Of a DNA stretch of 64,000 bases, positions 28,045 through 37,611 are shown one piece after another. Both the position numbers and the translations under genes were made by a program. The DNA lies in the IMG/VR virus record IMGVR_UViG_2816332589_000001, positions 72,929 through 136,928 of that record; one strand, given 5' to 3'. Every line of letters begins with the position of its first letter. The first letter of the stretch is position 1. The notes under the pieces were generated by a model that was given only the letters and a program-made list of their open reading frames with translations, searched no databases and was not told where the DNA came from. The DNA comes from a virus (Duplodnaviria > Caudoviricetes).

Positions 28045-28812
28045 GTGCCCGTCATCGACGCCGCGTTCTACCCGCTGATCATCACCAACCGGCCCACTGA
28101 GTACCCGTACGCGGCTCCGCCCGTCGGTACCGACATGAGTGCGCTGCGTCTGCTGCCCGCGTCCGAGGTGCGCGCCGGTGACCTGGTACTTGGCGCCTAC
28201 GACGGCCCGGTGTCCCCCGGCAAGCTGCGCACCGCCAACCAGTCCGCCGCCGCGTTCACCGCGCTGCCCCTGCCCATGCACGGCGTCATCTGCCTCGATG
28301 GCGAGACACCGCTTTGGGAGCGCGACGAGCCGACTTTGGTCATCCCCCGCGAGTACCGCCCGTCCGCCCCGTACGCCGTTGGCGACCTCGTGGAGCGCCC
28401 CGTTCTGTACACCCCGACGGACTACAGCGGCCGGTACCGGCCCGGAGAGACCGTTGCCGTCCTCCAGCGCGGCACCGTGACCGCCGTGGAAGACGGCTCC
28501 GTGAGCATCCAGTGGCTTGGCGACTGGCTCACCTGCGAAGACCCGGCGACCGGGTTCCGCCGCGTCGATCCCGTGCGCATCGAACGGGAGCGCGCCGTGT
28601 CCGGCTTCGCGGTAGGCGACCGCGTGACGCTGCCCGGCGGCACGTCCACGGGCGTGGTGATGGAACTGTGGCCGCGCTGGCTCGACGGCCGCACCACGGC
28701 GCGCGTGTGGTGGCCGCCCACCTCGGCTTCGGACAACAGCCGTGGCCGCCACCGGATGTACGAGCCGTACCACATCGAGCACGCCGTTCCCGCCGCGTCC
28801 GCCACCCGCTGA
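28045..28812 (+). CDS. Hypothetical protein with SH3/KOW-like (Y/F)AVGDxV repeats
   Basis: VRAGDLV, YAVGDLV and FAVGDRV segments. Confidence 0.7.
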   Translation: MPVIDAAFYPLIITNRPTEYPYAAPPVGTDMSALRLLPASEVRAGDLVLGAYDGPVSPGKLRTANQSAAAFTALPLPMHGVICLDGETPLWERDEPTLVIPREYRPSAPYAVGDLVERPVLYTPTDYSGRYRPGETVAVLQRGTVTAVEDGSVSIQWLGDWLTCEDPATGFRRVDPVRIERERAVSGFAVGDRVTLPGGTSTGVVMELWPRWLDGRTTARVWWPPTSASDNSRGRHRMYEPYHIEHAVPAASATR

Positions 28813-29287
28813 CCCCATGCCGGCCCGGGGCGCCCCGGGCCCCCTTCCCCGCTCAACTCCCACCAGAAAGGCGCCATCAGCCATGCCCGGATACGCCCCC
28901 GCCACCGTCGAAACCGTCTCCATCCCCCTGCCGAACGTCACCGTCCGCCGCCCGCTCAAGCGCGGCGACGACTACCGCTTGGAACTGGGCGCGGTCATCG
29001 CCCGCGGCTCCACCCTGGCCGCCGCCCGCGCCGATCTGGCACGCCAACTCGGCCTCACCTCCGAGACCGTGCACACCGACCCCGGGTTCGCGCGGGCCGA
29101 CGACAACGGTGACTTCCTGGTCGTGCTCGATCGCCCGTGGGGACTCGACTCGTACCTGATCACCGACGCGGGCCACAGGCTCATCGGCACCAGCAACCGC
29201 GACCGCACCCCCGCCGAGGACGCCGCCGCGAACCGGGGTTTCACCGTCATCCCGCCGCGCCGCTGACCCCATGCCGGCCCGGGGCGC
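28806..29287 (+). repeat. 28-bp direct repeat flanking one gene
   Basis: CCGCTGACCCCATGCCGGCCCGGGGCGC at 28806-28833 and 29260-29287; the core CCCCATGCCGGCC recurs near 30308 and 33933. Confidence 0.85.
28883..29266 (+). CDS. Hypothetical protein
   Basis: GAAAGG RBS; lies between the 28-bp repeats. Confidence 0.65.
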   Translation: MPGYAPATVETVSIPLPNVTVRRPLKRGDDYRLELGAVIARGSTLAAARADLARQLGLTSETVHTDPGFARADDNGDFLVVLDRPWGLDSYLITDAGHRLIGTSNRDRTPAEDAAANRGFTVIPPRR

Positions 29288-29357
29288 GGAGGCCGCGCCC
29301 CGGGCCACAAACCCCGCCGCTCTGGCACCCTCCCCGAACTCCCGAAAGGAACAGCTC

Positions 29358-30287
29358 ATGACCACGGCCCCGGCCCCACTGCACCCCACCGGCACCGACG
29401 GGACGCCCCCGGGCATCCAGCTCTTCACCGTCGAAGGAACCGCGTACGGCCCGTACGTCGGGCTCCCCACGTCGGACACGTGGGGGCCGTACTCCGCGCA
29501 CCTGTTCACCCGCGCGACCGCCGAACTGATCGTGAACGATCTGCACCGCGATGAGAGCAGCCTCCGGGCCGCGTTCGATCCCGAGACCGGCACGCTCACG
29601 TTCACCGACGAAGACGACGAGATGGAGCCCGAGACCGTCATCCCGGACGCGTACGGCCGGTACCTGATCGGCGGCCTGTGGCCGTGGAATGACTGGGACG
29701 ACAAGGACATCCCGCACACCGCCGGGCAGGCCGCGTTCGCGCGGGGCGCGGTCGAGTACCGGGAGGCTGACGCCTCCGCGTCGCTTCCCGAACCGCTGGA
29801 TGCCCTCTACCAGCGGGGCCGCCAGGAGGCGCAGCTGCTCACCCGCGAACGCGCGGAGCACCGGGGCGTGCTCTTCGACATCGACCCGTCCCGTACGCCG
29901 CTGATCGTCCGTTCCCGCCCGACGAACCACCACTTCGCGGCTCTGCCGCCCGGGGCGTACGAGTCGGCCGCCCGGCCCATGCTCGCCCGCGACGTGCGCG
30001 CCGGTGACCTGGTGGTTGCGTCGTTCGCGTCGTTCCCCACCCCCGGCCGCACGACTCAGGGGACGACGTGGGTGAAGTCCCCGTACGTCGCCGACCCACG
30101 CCCGGAAAACCCCGACTGCCGGTGCACACCGTGCCGCATAGGCCGGGAGGTGTGCGGGCCCGGTCCGCGCGTCGCGCTCTCCGCGCCCGAGAACACCCAC
30201 TGGGGCGCGGAGTGCGATGTGTGGGAGGCGGACGAACCGGTGTTCGTCATCCCTGCCGCGCTGCTGCTGCTCCCCGTCTCCGAGTGA
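29358..30287 (+). CDS. Hypothetical two-domain protein sharing a domain with 28045-28812
   Basis: GAAAGGA RBS; ARDVRAGDLVV...WEADEPVFVIP. Confidence 0.7.
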   Translation: MTTAPAPLHPTGTDGTPPGIQLFTVEGTAYGPYVGLPTSDTWGPYSAHLFTRATAELIVNDLHRDESSLRAAFDPETGTLTFTDEDDEMEPETVIPDAYGRYLIGGLWPWNDWDDKDIPHTAGQAAFARGAVEYREADASASLPEPLDALYQRGRQEAQLLTRERAEHRGVLFDIDPSRTPLIVRSRPTNHHFAALPPGAYESAARPMLARDVRAGDLVVASFASFPTPGRTTQGTTWVKSPYVADPRPENPDCRCTPCRIGREVCGPGPRVALSAPENTHWGAECDVWEADEPVFVIPAALLLLPVSE

Positions 30288-30352
30288 CCGCCCGCCGTGT
30301 CCCCGGGCCCCATGCCGGCCCGGGGACACGGGCCCCGCAGAAGGAACCCGCC

Positions 30353-30616
30353 ATGCCCCGCCTGACCCGCAAGCAGCAGTCTCAGCTCGATGACATCGAG
30401 CACTTCCTGAACCTGGCGCTCACCTATCTGGCCAACGACCGGAACGTTGTGGCCATGAAGTCCGCCGGGGCCGCCACCACCGAATTCCATAACGCGCGCT
30501 CCGGTGAGTGGATCGTGCCCGTCCAGCCGACCTCCCTACGCGCCTACCTCAACCACGCGCAGCGCGCCGTTGAAGCGATGCGCAGCGATGCCACCTCGAA
30601 CGGGGGCAAGCAGTGA
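30353..30616 (+). CDS. Hypothetical protein
   Basis: GAAGGA RBS; MPRLTRKQQSQLDD. Confidence 0.65.
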   Translation: MPRLTRKQQSQLDDIEHFLNLALTYLANDRNVVAMKSAGAATTEFHNARSGEWIVPVQPTSLRAYLNHAQRAVEAMRSDATSNGGKQ

Positions 30617-31236
30617 GCGCCGCCCCGTACGCGATCGGCCGCCCGCTCGACGCCGACCGGGCCGCGTACGCACTGTCCAACGCGGACCGCGACCGCGCCG
30701 CGGTGCCCGTGTCCGGCGCCGTGGTCCGTTCGCTGCTCGCCTCCGTACTGCACTGCGGCGGGGCCGCCGCCCTGGAGCCCGGCACCGGCGCGGTGACCCT
30801 GTCGTGGCCGCAGATCGGCGGCATGGTCCCCGGCGTTCTCGGGCCGGTCTACGTGGCCGTTCCGTGCGAGCGGCCCGCGCGTACGCCGTGCTGCGCCCGG
30901 TGCGGGCACTGGCGCGCTGAGCATGACCACCCGAGCGTGCCCACCGCCTGTACGCGGTACCGGCTGAGCATCGGCCCGGCCCGCTACGCCGTGCCGGAGC
31001 ACGACGGCGTGACGTACGCGTGGGTCCGCCGGATGGGCCGCACTCGCATTCGCTTCGAGATCACCGAGCCGACGGCCGCGCACCCGGACGGCGTGCTCTC
31101 TGTGCACCGTCTTCCCGCCCCGGGGGACGGCCCGTACGACTACTGCGCCCACTACGCGCCGATCCCGCCCGGCCGCCGCACCGATGTGCTGGAGCGCGCC
31201 CGCGCCCGCGTCCACCCCCAGCCCTGCGAGTCCTGA
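30613..31236 (+). CDS. Hypothetical protein with CxxCGH...H...C motif
   Basis: GTGA coupling; CARCGHWRAEH. Confidence 0.65.
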   Translation: MSAAPYAIGRPLDADRAAYALSNADRDRAAVPVSGAVVRSLLASVLHCGGAAALEPGTGAVTLSWPQIGGMVPGVLGPVYVAVPCERPARTPCCARCGHWRAEHDHPSVPTACTRYRLSIGPARYAVPEHDGVTYAWVRRMGRTRIRFEITEPTAAHPDGVLSVHRLPAPGDGPYDYCAHYAPIPPGRRTDVLERARARVHPQPCES

Positions 31237-31287
31237 CCGAGGACCGTGATCAGCCACTTCTACGACGCCTGACCCCTTGGAGTCTCC

Positions 31288-32025
31288 ATGCCCCCGATCT
31301 TCCTCGCCGACCGCGAGACCATCGTTCACCACTTTCCGCACGGCCCCGTGCGGTTGCGCAAGTACGCGGCCCGGGGCGGGGGGCGAGAGTTCGTGCGCGC
31401 GTCCGTCCCGGCCCGCGTGCCGACCCGCGACGGGGGTCGGGCGGCCCTGGTGACGCTGCGCCCGGCCGCGTACCCGTACGCCGGAAGGTGGCTGGCTGCC
31501 ATCGTCCAGTACGCGCCGGAGCGCGCCGACCACCGCAATCCGGCTTTTGCGCCCGGGTCGGTGCGAGTGCTGGCCCGGATGACGCGGACGCACGCCAACG
31601 GGGTGCCCCGGCAGTCGGATGGGTCGGTGGGCTGGAGTGTGCCCGGTGCGTCCGCCCGGGTATGGCCGGACGGGCGGGTGGAGGTGCGCGATGCCGGCCT
31701 GGTGGTTCTGTCCGTGCGGCTGGAGGGTTCGGCGTGGGATTCGGCGCGGGTGGCCGCCGTGGCGGACGCCGGGTTGCGGTTGCTGTGCGCGCCGGAGGCC
31801 CGGCATCTGATCCGTACGTCGGAGCCGCGCGGATGGTCGAAGCCTGCGGACCGGTGGGGTAAGGGGGGCCCGGACACAGTGGGGGTCAACGGCGGGTGGA
31901 CGTACGACGGGTCGTCGGTGGGCGCCTGCTCGTGCGGGTGGCGGGTGAGCGTGCCGTCCCGGGATGGGGCGCGCGGCGCTGCGGCTGAGCATCTGCGGGA
32001 AGTGGGAGTTGGCGTTCCCGCCTGA
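31288..32025 (+). CDS. Hypothetical protein with C-terminal CSCGW...H motif
   Basis: GGAG RBS. Confidence 0.65.
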   Translation: MPPIFLADRETIVHHFPHGPVRLRKYAARGGGREFVRASVPARVPTRDGGRAALVTLRPAAYPYAGRWLAAIVQYAPERADHRNPAFAPGSVRVLARMTRTHANGVPRQSDGSVGWSVPGASARVWPDGRVEVRDAGLVVLSVRLEGSAWDSARVAAVADAGLRLLCAPEARHLIRTSEPRGWSKPADRWGKGGPDTVGVNGGWTYDGSSVGACSCGWRVSVPSRDGARGAAAEHLREVGVGVPA

Positions 32026-32032
32026 CCACGCT

Positions 32033-32118
32033 CGGACGTGGTGTACAGTTTTCCTTGTTGGTCCGGCACGAGCGAGCCGGACCAACACCAACGCTCCAAC
32101 CCAACCGAAGGGACACCT
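32033..32118 (+). promoter_or_regulatory. Conserved box plus leader hairpin, copy E
   Basis: GGACGTGGTGTACAGT-tttcct-TGTTGGTCCGGC-ACGAGCGA-GCCGGACCAACA-CCAACGCTCC...GAAGGG-GTG. Confidence 0.85.
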
Positions 32119-33210
32119 GTGTCCGCGTACATCCGCGAGATCATCTCCGGCCTCAACAAGAACGCCCGCAACGCGATCATCGCCACTGCCAACGCAGAGG
32201 ACGGCCGCGTGCCGTACAGCGTGCACGACCGCACGAAGGACGCCCTCCACCGCAGGCGCCTGATCCGTGAGGTCACCAACCGCAGGGGCGGCTTCAACTG
32301 GTGCGTGCTCACCTGGACCGGCAAGCGGGTGGCCGCAGCCCTGGCCGAACGCGCCACCGCCCCGACGGCCACGCCGAAGACGGCACCCGCCTTCAAGCTG
32401 TCCCCGGCGGAAGCGGAACTCCAGTACGCCAACGCCGCCCGGCTCTTCGCCGCGCTGCACCCGGCCGCCGCCGAGATCGTCAACGGCTACCAGGAGAACG
32501 CGATCCAGACCGTGGTAGAGGGCGGCCCGCACTTCACCTGCGGGGAGGTGTGGGGGCAGATCGGCGCCGAACCCGGTCAGCGGCTCGCCTGGAACGCCGA
32601 CGATGACCCAGAGGAGTGGGCGACCGCCGACGGCTTCAACACAGTGTGGGCGCACATCAACCGGCTCGCCACCGCCGGGAAGCTGGACCTGGCCCGTTGG
32701 GATGCCCTGGTGACCGAAGCGCGTGACGTGCTCGCCACGGCGTCCGTACGGCCCGCGCCGGTCGTACTCGACAAGCGCCCGTCATCCTGGCAGGTGCTCT
32801 GGCACACCGAGTCTCCGCTGACTGGGGAGCAGTGGGCGGACCTGCCCGTCCACTCCGTGGTGCGCACCTCGCAACTGCGCGCCGGACAGGACTGGGCCAC
32901 CACCGACCAGCAACTCACCGCACGCGGCCTGTCCCGCTACGACTTCCCCGCCGCCGTGAGCGCCGGTCACGCCCTGGCACTGGCACAGGAACGCTGGCGT
33001 GAAGACGGCCCGCACTCCGCCTGGTTCGCCTTCCTGGACGGGGCCTCGGAAGAGATCGAGTCGCTGCGCGCCAAGTACAACCCGACCCCTGAGCAGGAGC
33101 GGCAGGCGTTCGCGTGGGCCATGGCCACGCTCGCCAACCCGGCCCCGGAACTCACCTTCGCCGAGGTGCAGGCCATCGCGTCCGGCCAGACCTCGATCGA
33201 CCAGGGCTGA
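32119..33210 (+). CDS. Hypothetical protein with N-terminal wHTH-like domain
   Basis: TKDALHRRRLI...LTWTGKRVA; behind leader copy E. Confidence 0.7.
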   Translation: MSAYIREIISGLNKNARNAIIATANAEDGRVPYSVHDRTKDALHRRRLIREVTNRRGGFNWCVLTWTGKRVAAALAERATAPTATPKTAPAFKLSPAEAELQYANAARLFAALHPAAAEIVNGYQENAIQTVVEGGPHFTCGEVWGQIGAEPGQRLAWNADDDPEEWATADGFNTVWAHINRLATAGKLDLARWDALVTEARDVLATASVRPAPVVLDKRPSSWQVLWHTESPLTGEQWADLPVHSVVRTSQLRAGQDWATTDQQLTARGLSRYDFPAAVSAGHALALAQERWREDGPHSAWFAFLDGASEEIESLRAKYNPTPEQERQAFAWAMATLANPAPELTFAEVQAIASGQTSIDQG

Positions 33211-33300
33211 CGACCCGCACCGGGCGGGAGCGCGCGCCACAAGCCGCTCCCGCCCCCACCCTCACCAACCCGACCAGACGACACCGCACGGAGCAGCACC

Positions 33301-33888
33301 ATGAGCGCGATCCCCACCCACCTTGAGTACGTCGCCGCCGAACTCGAAGCGCGCGCCGCCTACCGCGACATCTGGAACCACGGCTACATCGGCGACTCCA
33401 AGCCGTGGCGCTACGCCACCGCCGCCGATGCCCTCACCAAGGAACTGTCCGACAACCCCGGCACCCGCACCCTGACCGCGATCCGCGCGAACCTCGCGCA
33501 CCCCCACGGGGCCCGCACCCCCGTGCCGTCGGCCAAGGCCGGACGCGCCGCGCTGCGCGCCCTGGGCACCCTCACCCGCGACCAGCGCAGCAAGCACACG
33601 AACGCCGCTGAACTGATTCACGAGGCGACCAGCGATGCCGTCGCCGATGCCTTCCACCTGGCCGACGAATACCACCTCGGCCCCGACGACATCCACGACC
33701 TGCACGACATGCGCGTCAGCCCTTCCGGCTTCACCGATCACGTCGAACAGCCCGTGCGTGACCTCGTGCTCCTGGTCGGCAACCTGCTCGCGCTCGCAAG
33801 CGCCTACGGATGGGCCGAGGAAAGCGTCATATGGCGTGCGTACGACCGGTTCGAAGAGGAGTACATGGCGGCTGCCGACGCCACCTGA
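33301..33888 (+). CDS. Hypothetical protein
   Basis: GGAG RBS; ends in AYDRFEEE. Confidence 0.7.
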   Translation: MSAIPTHLEYVAAELEARAAYRDIWNHGYIGDSKPWRYATAADALTKELSDNPGTRTLTAIRANLAHPHGARTPVPSAKAGRAALRALGTLTRDQRSKHTNAAELIHEATSDAVADAFHLADEYHLGPDDIHDLHDMRVSPSGFTDHVEQPVRDLVLLVGNLLALASAYGWAEESVIWRAYDRFEEEYMAAADAT

Positions 33889-34002
33889 CCCGCCCCGGGG
33901 CGCGCCGGTGGGCGCGCCCCGCCACCTCAGTCCCCATGCCGGCCGGGGGCCAGCATCTGCGCCCCGGACGCAAGGCCCCGGCCCCCGGTACCCACCACCG
34001 CC

Positions 34003-34557
34003 ATGAACGCAAACGACACCATCGACCTCATCGGCGAGATACACCCCTGGCTCGCCCGCTACGACGCCTTGGCCGCCCGGCACGCCGCGAACCTGGCTCC
34101 CTACCTCAACGAGGATGGCGACGTGCTCGACAGTGAGTACCCCCGGTACGACGAGAAGCGGTTCGACAACCTCACCGAGGCGGACGAATTCCTCGACTCC
34201 CTCGCGGCATGCCTGCGGGAACTCGTCGGCCCGCCGGTCCCCGGCAACGCCTTCACCCTGACGTTCGCCGGGCCGGAGCGGCACGACGGCGAGAAACCGT
34301 ACGCCTTCGTCGTCAACGGCTCTGATCTGCCCGACGCGGGCCGCACGCTGCTGCACCTGCCGTCCTTCCGCGAGTGGTTCGCCGAACAGGCCGGATGGGA
34401 CGACACCCCGCCGGACGTGCTGTACCTCGCGGAAGAGTCCCACCCCGGAATCCCTGAGTACGGCTACTTCAACGACCTCCGCCGCGAGCAGGCCGCATCC
34501 CCCGAGTGCGGCAGCGCCCCGGAGCTGCCACCCGTGCCGCAGCTGCTCCTTACCTGA
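34003..34557 (+). CDS. Hypothetical acidic protein
   Basis: Coding-like codon usage; array orientation. Confidence 0.7.
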   Translation: MNANDTIDLIGEIHPWLARYDALAARHAANLAPYLNEDGDVLDSEYPRYDEKRFDNLTEADEFLDSLAACLRELVGPPVPGNAFTLTFAGPERHDGEKPYAFVVNGSDLPDAGRTLLHLPSFREWFAEQAGWDDTPPDVLYLAEESHPGIPEYGYFNDLRREQAASPECGSAPELPPVPQLLLT

Positions 34558-34611
34558 TCACCGATCCCGCCCGGCCGTACGCCGGGCGGCTACCGGAAGG
34601 ACTTCCCCAGC

Positions 34612-35112
34612 ATGACCACCACGCCCGCCGACGTTGCCGTTGTTCTCCAACGCCTGATGATCGCCACCTCCGCTTCCGAGGAGAACGCGGTCATCGAGAG
34701 TGCGGTCAACGCCGGTCTGATGTGGCGCTGCCCCTGCGGGGGCACCAACCCATACGACGCCAACGCATGCGATCTGTGCGCCGCTGACCGGCTGTGGGCC
34801 GCCGACGCAACGCCGCCCCGGTGCGAGTACGGGAAGCTGCTGATCGATCTCCGCGAGGGCCTGAAGTTCTGGTTCGATGATCTGGCCCCCGCCCGCCGCC
34901 CGGCCGCCGTCGGCTTCCGCATCACCGAGTACGACAACGGCCCGGCCTGGGCCACGTGGGGCGCCACCGTCTACTTCACCGACTCCCCGGACGGCGTGGA
35001 GTACCCGCTCGACTTCGAGGGCTCGTGGGTCGCTGACGCTCTGGTCGAGATCAGTGCGTTCGACCCGCCGCAGACCGGCGACACCCTGCGCGTCGTCGTC
35101 CCCGCCATCTGA
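34612..35112 (+). CDS. Hypothetical protein with RanBP2-like zinc finger
   Basis: WRCPCGGTN......CDLC; GAAGGA RBS. Confidence 0.7.
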   Translation: MTTTPADVAVVLQRLMIATSASEENAVIESAVNAGLMWRCPCGGTNPYDANACDLCAADRLWAADATPPRCEYGKLLIDLREGLKFWFDDLAPARRPAAVGFRITEYDNGPAWATWGATVYFTDSPDGVEYPLDFEGSWVADALVEISAFDPPQTGDTLRVVVPAI

Positions 35113-35166
35113 CCACCCGCCGGGGCGTGGCCGCGCTGCGCCCCGGCCCCTGAAGGGAACCCCCTC

Positions 35167-35766
35167 ATGAACCTGCGCGACTCCATCGAAATCGGCGTCA
35201 CCCGCACCCCGGCCGCCGCCGTTCCTGCGCCCCGTACCGCCCTGGCCGCCGTCACCGAGCCCGCTTCGGGCACCGTGGTCACGCTCGCCGACGGCGGTAT
35301 CACCTCGGCGCGGCTGGCCCCCACGTCGTTCGCCGTCCCCGACGACATACGGCAGGCGACCGCGCACTGGTCGCTGGAGCAGGTGACCGCCGCCGCCTCC
35401 GCCTTCCGGGCGGAGGCCATCCGCCGCCGCGAGAGCCAGTTCGTGGACGTGCTGCGCGCCCTCTTCTTCGTCCCCCCGGCCGAAGCGCCCCCTGTCGCTC
35501 GCGTGGAGTTCGTGACGGACGGGCCTTTCGCGAACGGCGTGTTCTGGGACGAGTCGCGTGTCTACCTGCACCACGAGGACGGCTCGGTCGCTCCGTTCGA
35601 GGACTCCCCCGACGCCGACGAGGACGACGAGTACGCCGCCCTGGACGAGGTGTTCCGGGAGATGCTGACGGACATCGCTGCCGACAACCCGCCTCAGCAC
35701 GGTGACCGCCTGGTCGTGGATCTCGCCACCGGCGAGTTCGAGCGTTCCGGGAAGTGGGCGCAGTAA
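35167..35766 (+). CDS. Hypothetical protein, C-terminal domain paralogous to the upstream gene
   Basis: LTDIAADNPPQHGDRLVVD versus LVEISAFDPPQTGDTLRVV. Confidence 0.7.
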   Translation: MNLRDSIEIGVTRTPAAAVPAPRTALAAVTEPASGTVVTLADGGITSARLAPTSFAVPDDIRQATAHWSLEQVTAAASAFRAEAIRRRESQFVDVLRALFFVPPAEAPPVARVEFVTDGPFANGVFWDESRVYLHHEDGSVAPFEDSPDADEDDEYAALDEVFREMLTDIAADNPPQHGDRLVVDLATGEFERSGKWAQ

Positions 35767-35872
35767 CCATCTGCCCCCGTGCGCCCCGGCCGCGCGCTGC
35801 GGCCGGGGCGTAACGGATCACCACCCCCGCACCGTCTACCTCCCAGCAGCGACCCGACAGGAGAATTCCCCG

Positions 35873-36214
35873 ATGCCGCCGACCACCCGCGTCTTCCACT
35901 ACGACGCCGCCCCGGTGCGCGTACGGGTGCGCGGCGGCGAGCCGGTGTGGTTCACGCGGGACCTGGCCGCCGCGCTCGGCGTGCGGTTCCCGCCCGGCCC
36001 GCTGCTGCCCGCCTCGGAGAACAGCCTGCCGGGCATGGCGACGGCCGCGCAGGTGTGGACGGTAGTGGAGCGGGCCGGCTGTGGTGCGCCCGACGCGTTC
36101 CGGGCCTGGATGACGGAGGTGTCCACGCGGATACTCGCGCGGCCCGTCCCCACGCCGGCGTCGGTCGCGCGTCCCGCCCATCCCGCCTCGCTGCGAAGGA
36201 CTCACACCGCATGA
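35873..36214 (+). CDS. Stand-alone Bro-N-like domain protein
   Basis: VFHYDAAPVRVRVRGGEPVWFTRDLAAALG...AFRAWMTEV. Confidence 0.7.
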   Translation: MPPTTRVFHYDAAPVRVRVRGGEPVWFTRDLAAALGVRFPPGPLLPASENSLPGMATAAQVWTVVERAGCGAPDAFRAWMTEVSTRILARPVPTPASVARPAHPASLRRTHTA

Positions 36215-36666
36215 CCCTCTACGACGACAACACGAACTTCGCGCTCGCCGATCCGACCAGCCCAACCCGGTTCCCGCACCGCGTGCCCGTGAAGTGGGTG
36301 TTCGATCCCGACGGGGTCGAGCCGCCGTTCGCATACAGCGTCGGCTTGGCCGCCCGGCCCGGCCGTGCCTACGAGCTTGCGACGACCGGGCTCCCCGACC
36401 GGGTTGCCTATGCCGTCATCACGGGCGCCGCCGACCAGCTCGTCGCCGATGGGCTGGACCCCGCCGACGGCATGGAACTGGACGAGGTGCTGGAAGGTGG
36501 CTACGTCGTCCGCCTGTGGCGCGTCACCGATACCTCCCGGTGCACGGCCGCCCGCGCCGAGTCCGGCCCTGACGTGGCCGTGTGGCAGGTCCTCGTCCCC
36601 GACAAGTGGGGCCACTTCCCCGGCGATCCGCACTACGCGGAAGCCGACGCCCAGCCGCTCATGTAG
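36211..36666 (+). CDS. DUF4262-like protein
   Basis: WVF...PPFAYSVGL...EL..TGL...QVLVPDKWGHFPGD. Confidence 0.75.
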   Translation: MTLYDDNTNFALADPTSPTRFPHRVPVKWVFDPDGVEPPFAYSVGLAARPGRAYELATTGLPDRVAYAVITGAADQLVADGLDPADGMELDEVLEGGYVVRLWRVTDTSRCTAARAESGPDVAVWQVLVPDKWGHFPGDPHYAEADAQPLM

Positions 36667-36701
36667 CGGCACGCCCGACCGTTCCTCTCGAAAGGCCGCC
36701 C

Positions 36702-37094
36702 GTGAAGTCCGCACTGCCCCGCCACCCCCGCCTGCTCCCGGCCGCCGCCGCGTCCGTGATCGCGTTCATCGGGCTGACCCTGCTCGCATCGTGCGGCACT
36801 CGCGACGACGGAATGCCGTCCTGTCGCGTGTCCCGCAACGGGGCCGTGGAAATCGTGCTGGACGGCGTGCGCCCGTGCGTGCTGTACGGCTCCGGTGACG
36901 GTAGGGCGGTCGGAGCCGACACCAACCCCGGGCCCGCCTCCGGGTCGGTGAAGGCCGAGAAGAAGCCGGGCGGCACGGTGAAGAGCCCGAAGGCCCCGGC
37001 CGCGAAGAACCCGAAGGCGCCCGCCGCGCCCGCGCCGAAGGTTCCGGCCGCGCCCGCCCCCCGTCCGGCCGCCCCGGCGCCCCGAATCCGCTGA
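36702..37094 (+). CDS. Putative lipoprotein with Pro/Ala/Lys tail
   Basis: LLASC lipobox; KAPAA repeats. Confidence 0.65.
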   Translation: MKSALPRHPRLLPAAAASVIAFIGLTLLASCGTRDDGMPSCRVSRNGAVEIVLDGVRPCVLYGSGDGRAVGADTNPGPASGSVKAEKKPGGTVKSPKAPAAKNPKAPAAPAPKVPAAPAPRPAAPAPRIR

Positions 37095-37175
37095 CCGGCC
37101 GCCGGGGCGCCCGAGCCACAAGGCGCCCCGGCCGTGCACCCTTCCGCGGATTCGTTCTCCGACAGGAAGGTGCCC

Positions 37176-37523
37176 ATGTCCGACTCCCCGCCCTCCGGGC
37201 GCACCATCGCCCTGGTCGCCGGTGCCGTCTTCGTCATCATCGGCGTCATGATCGCCGCGCTCGCCGTCTTCGGTGGCAGTGGCAGCGCGCCCGCCCCGAA
37301 GCCGACGCCCCAGCCTCCCCGGCCCACCATCGAACCGAGCCGCCCGCCGACGCTGCGGCCCAGTGCCGAGCCGACCACACCCGACGGCTGCCTGCTGTAC
37401 GACATGGAGTGCCAGCACCAGAGCGGCGGTATCTCGGGCGGCATGACCGCTGTGCCGTCCCGGCCGCCGGAGGGCGACACCGTCGGCACCACGACCGGTG
37501 GGGCGGTCGGCGGCACCGGCTGA
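37176..37523 (+). CDS. Small membrane-anchored protein
   Basis: N-terminal TM helix and Pro-rich linker. Confidence 0.65.
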   Translation: MSDSPPSGRTIALVAGAVFVIIGVMIAALAVFGGSGSAPAPKPTPQPPRPTIEPSRPPTLRPSAEPTTPDGCLLYDMECQHQSGGISGGMTAVPSRPPEGDTVGTTTGGAVGGTG

Positions 37524-37611
37524 CCCGCAGGGAGCAGTGCCGCGCCCCGGACGGTGTACCCACCGCCCGGGGCGCGCGCCGTTGTCAGTGGTCGCTGCGA
37601 GGCTGGAGCAC

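Noticed and set aside
18922-32118. The repeated leader elements as a CRISPR array
   Set aside because: Copies are dispersed over kilobases, lie on both strands and always sit before a start codon; there is no regular spacing.
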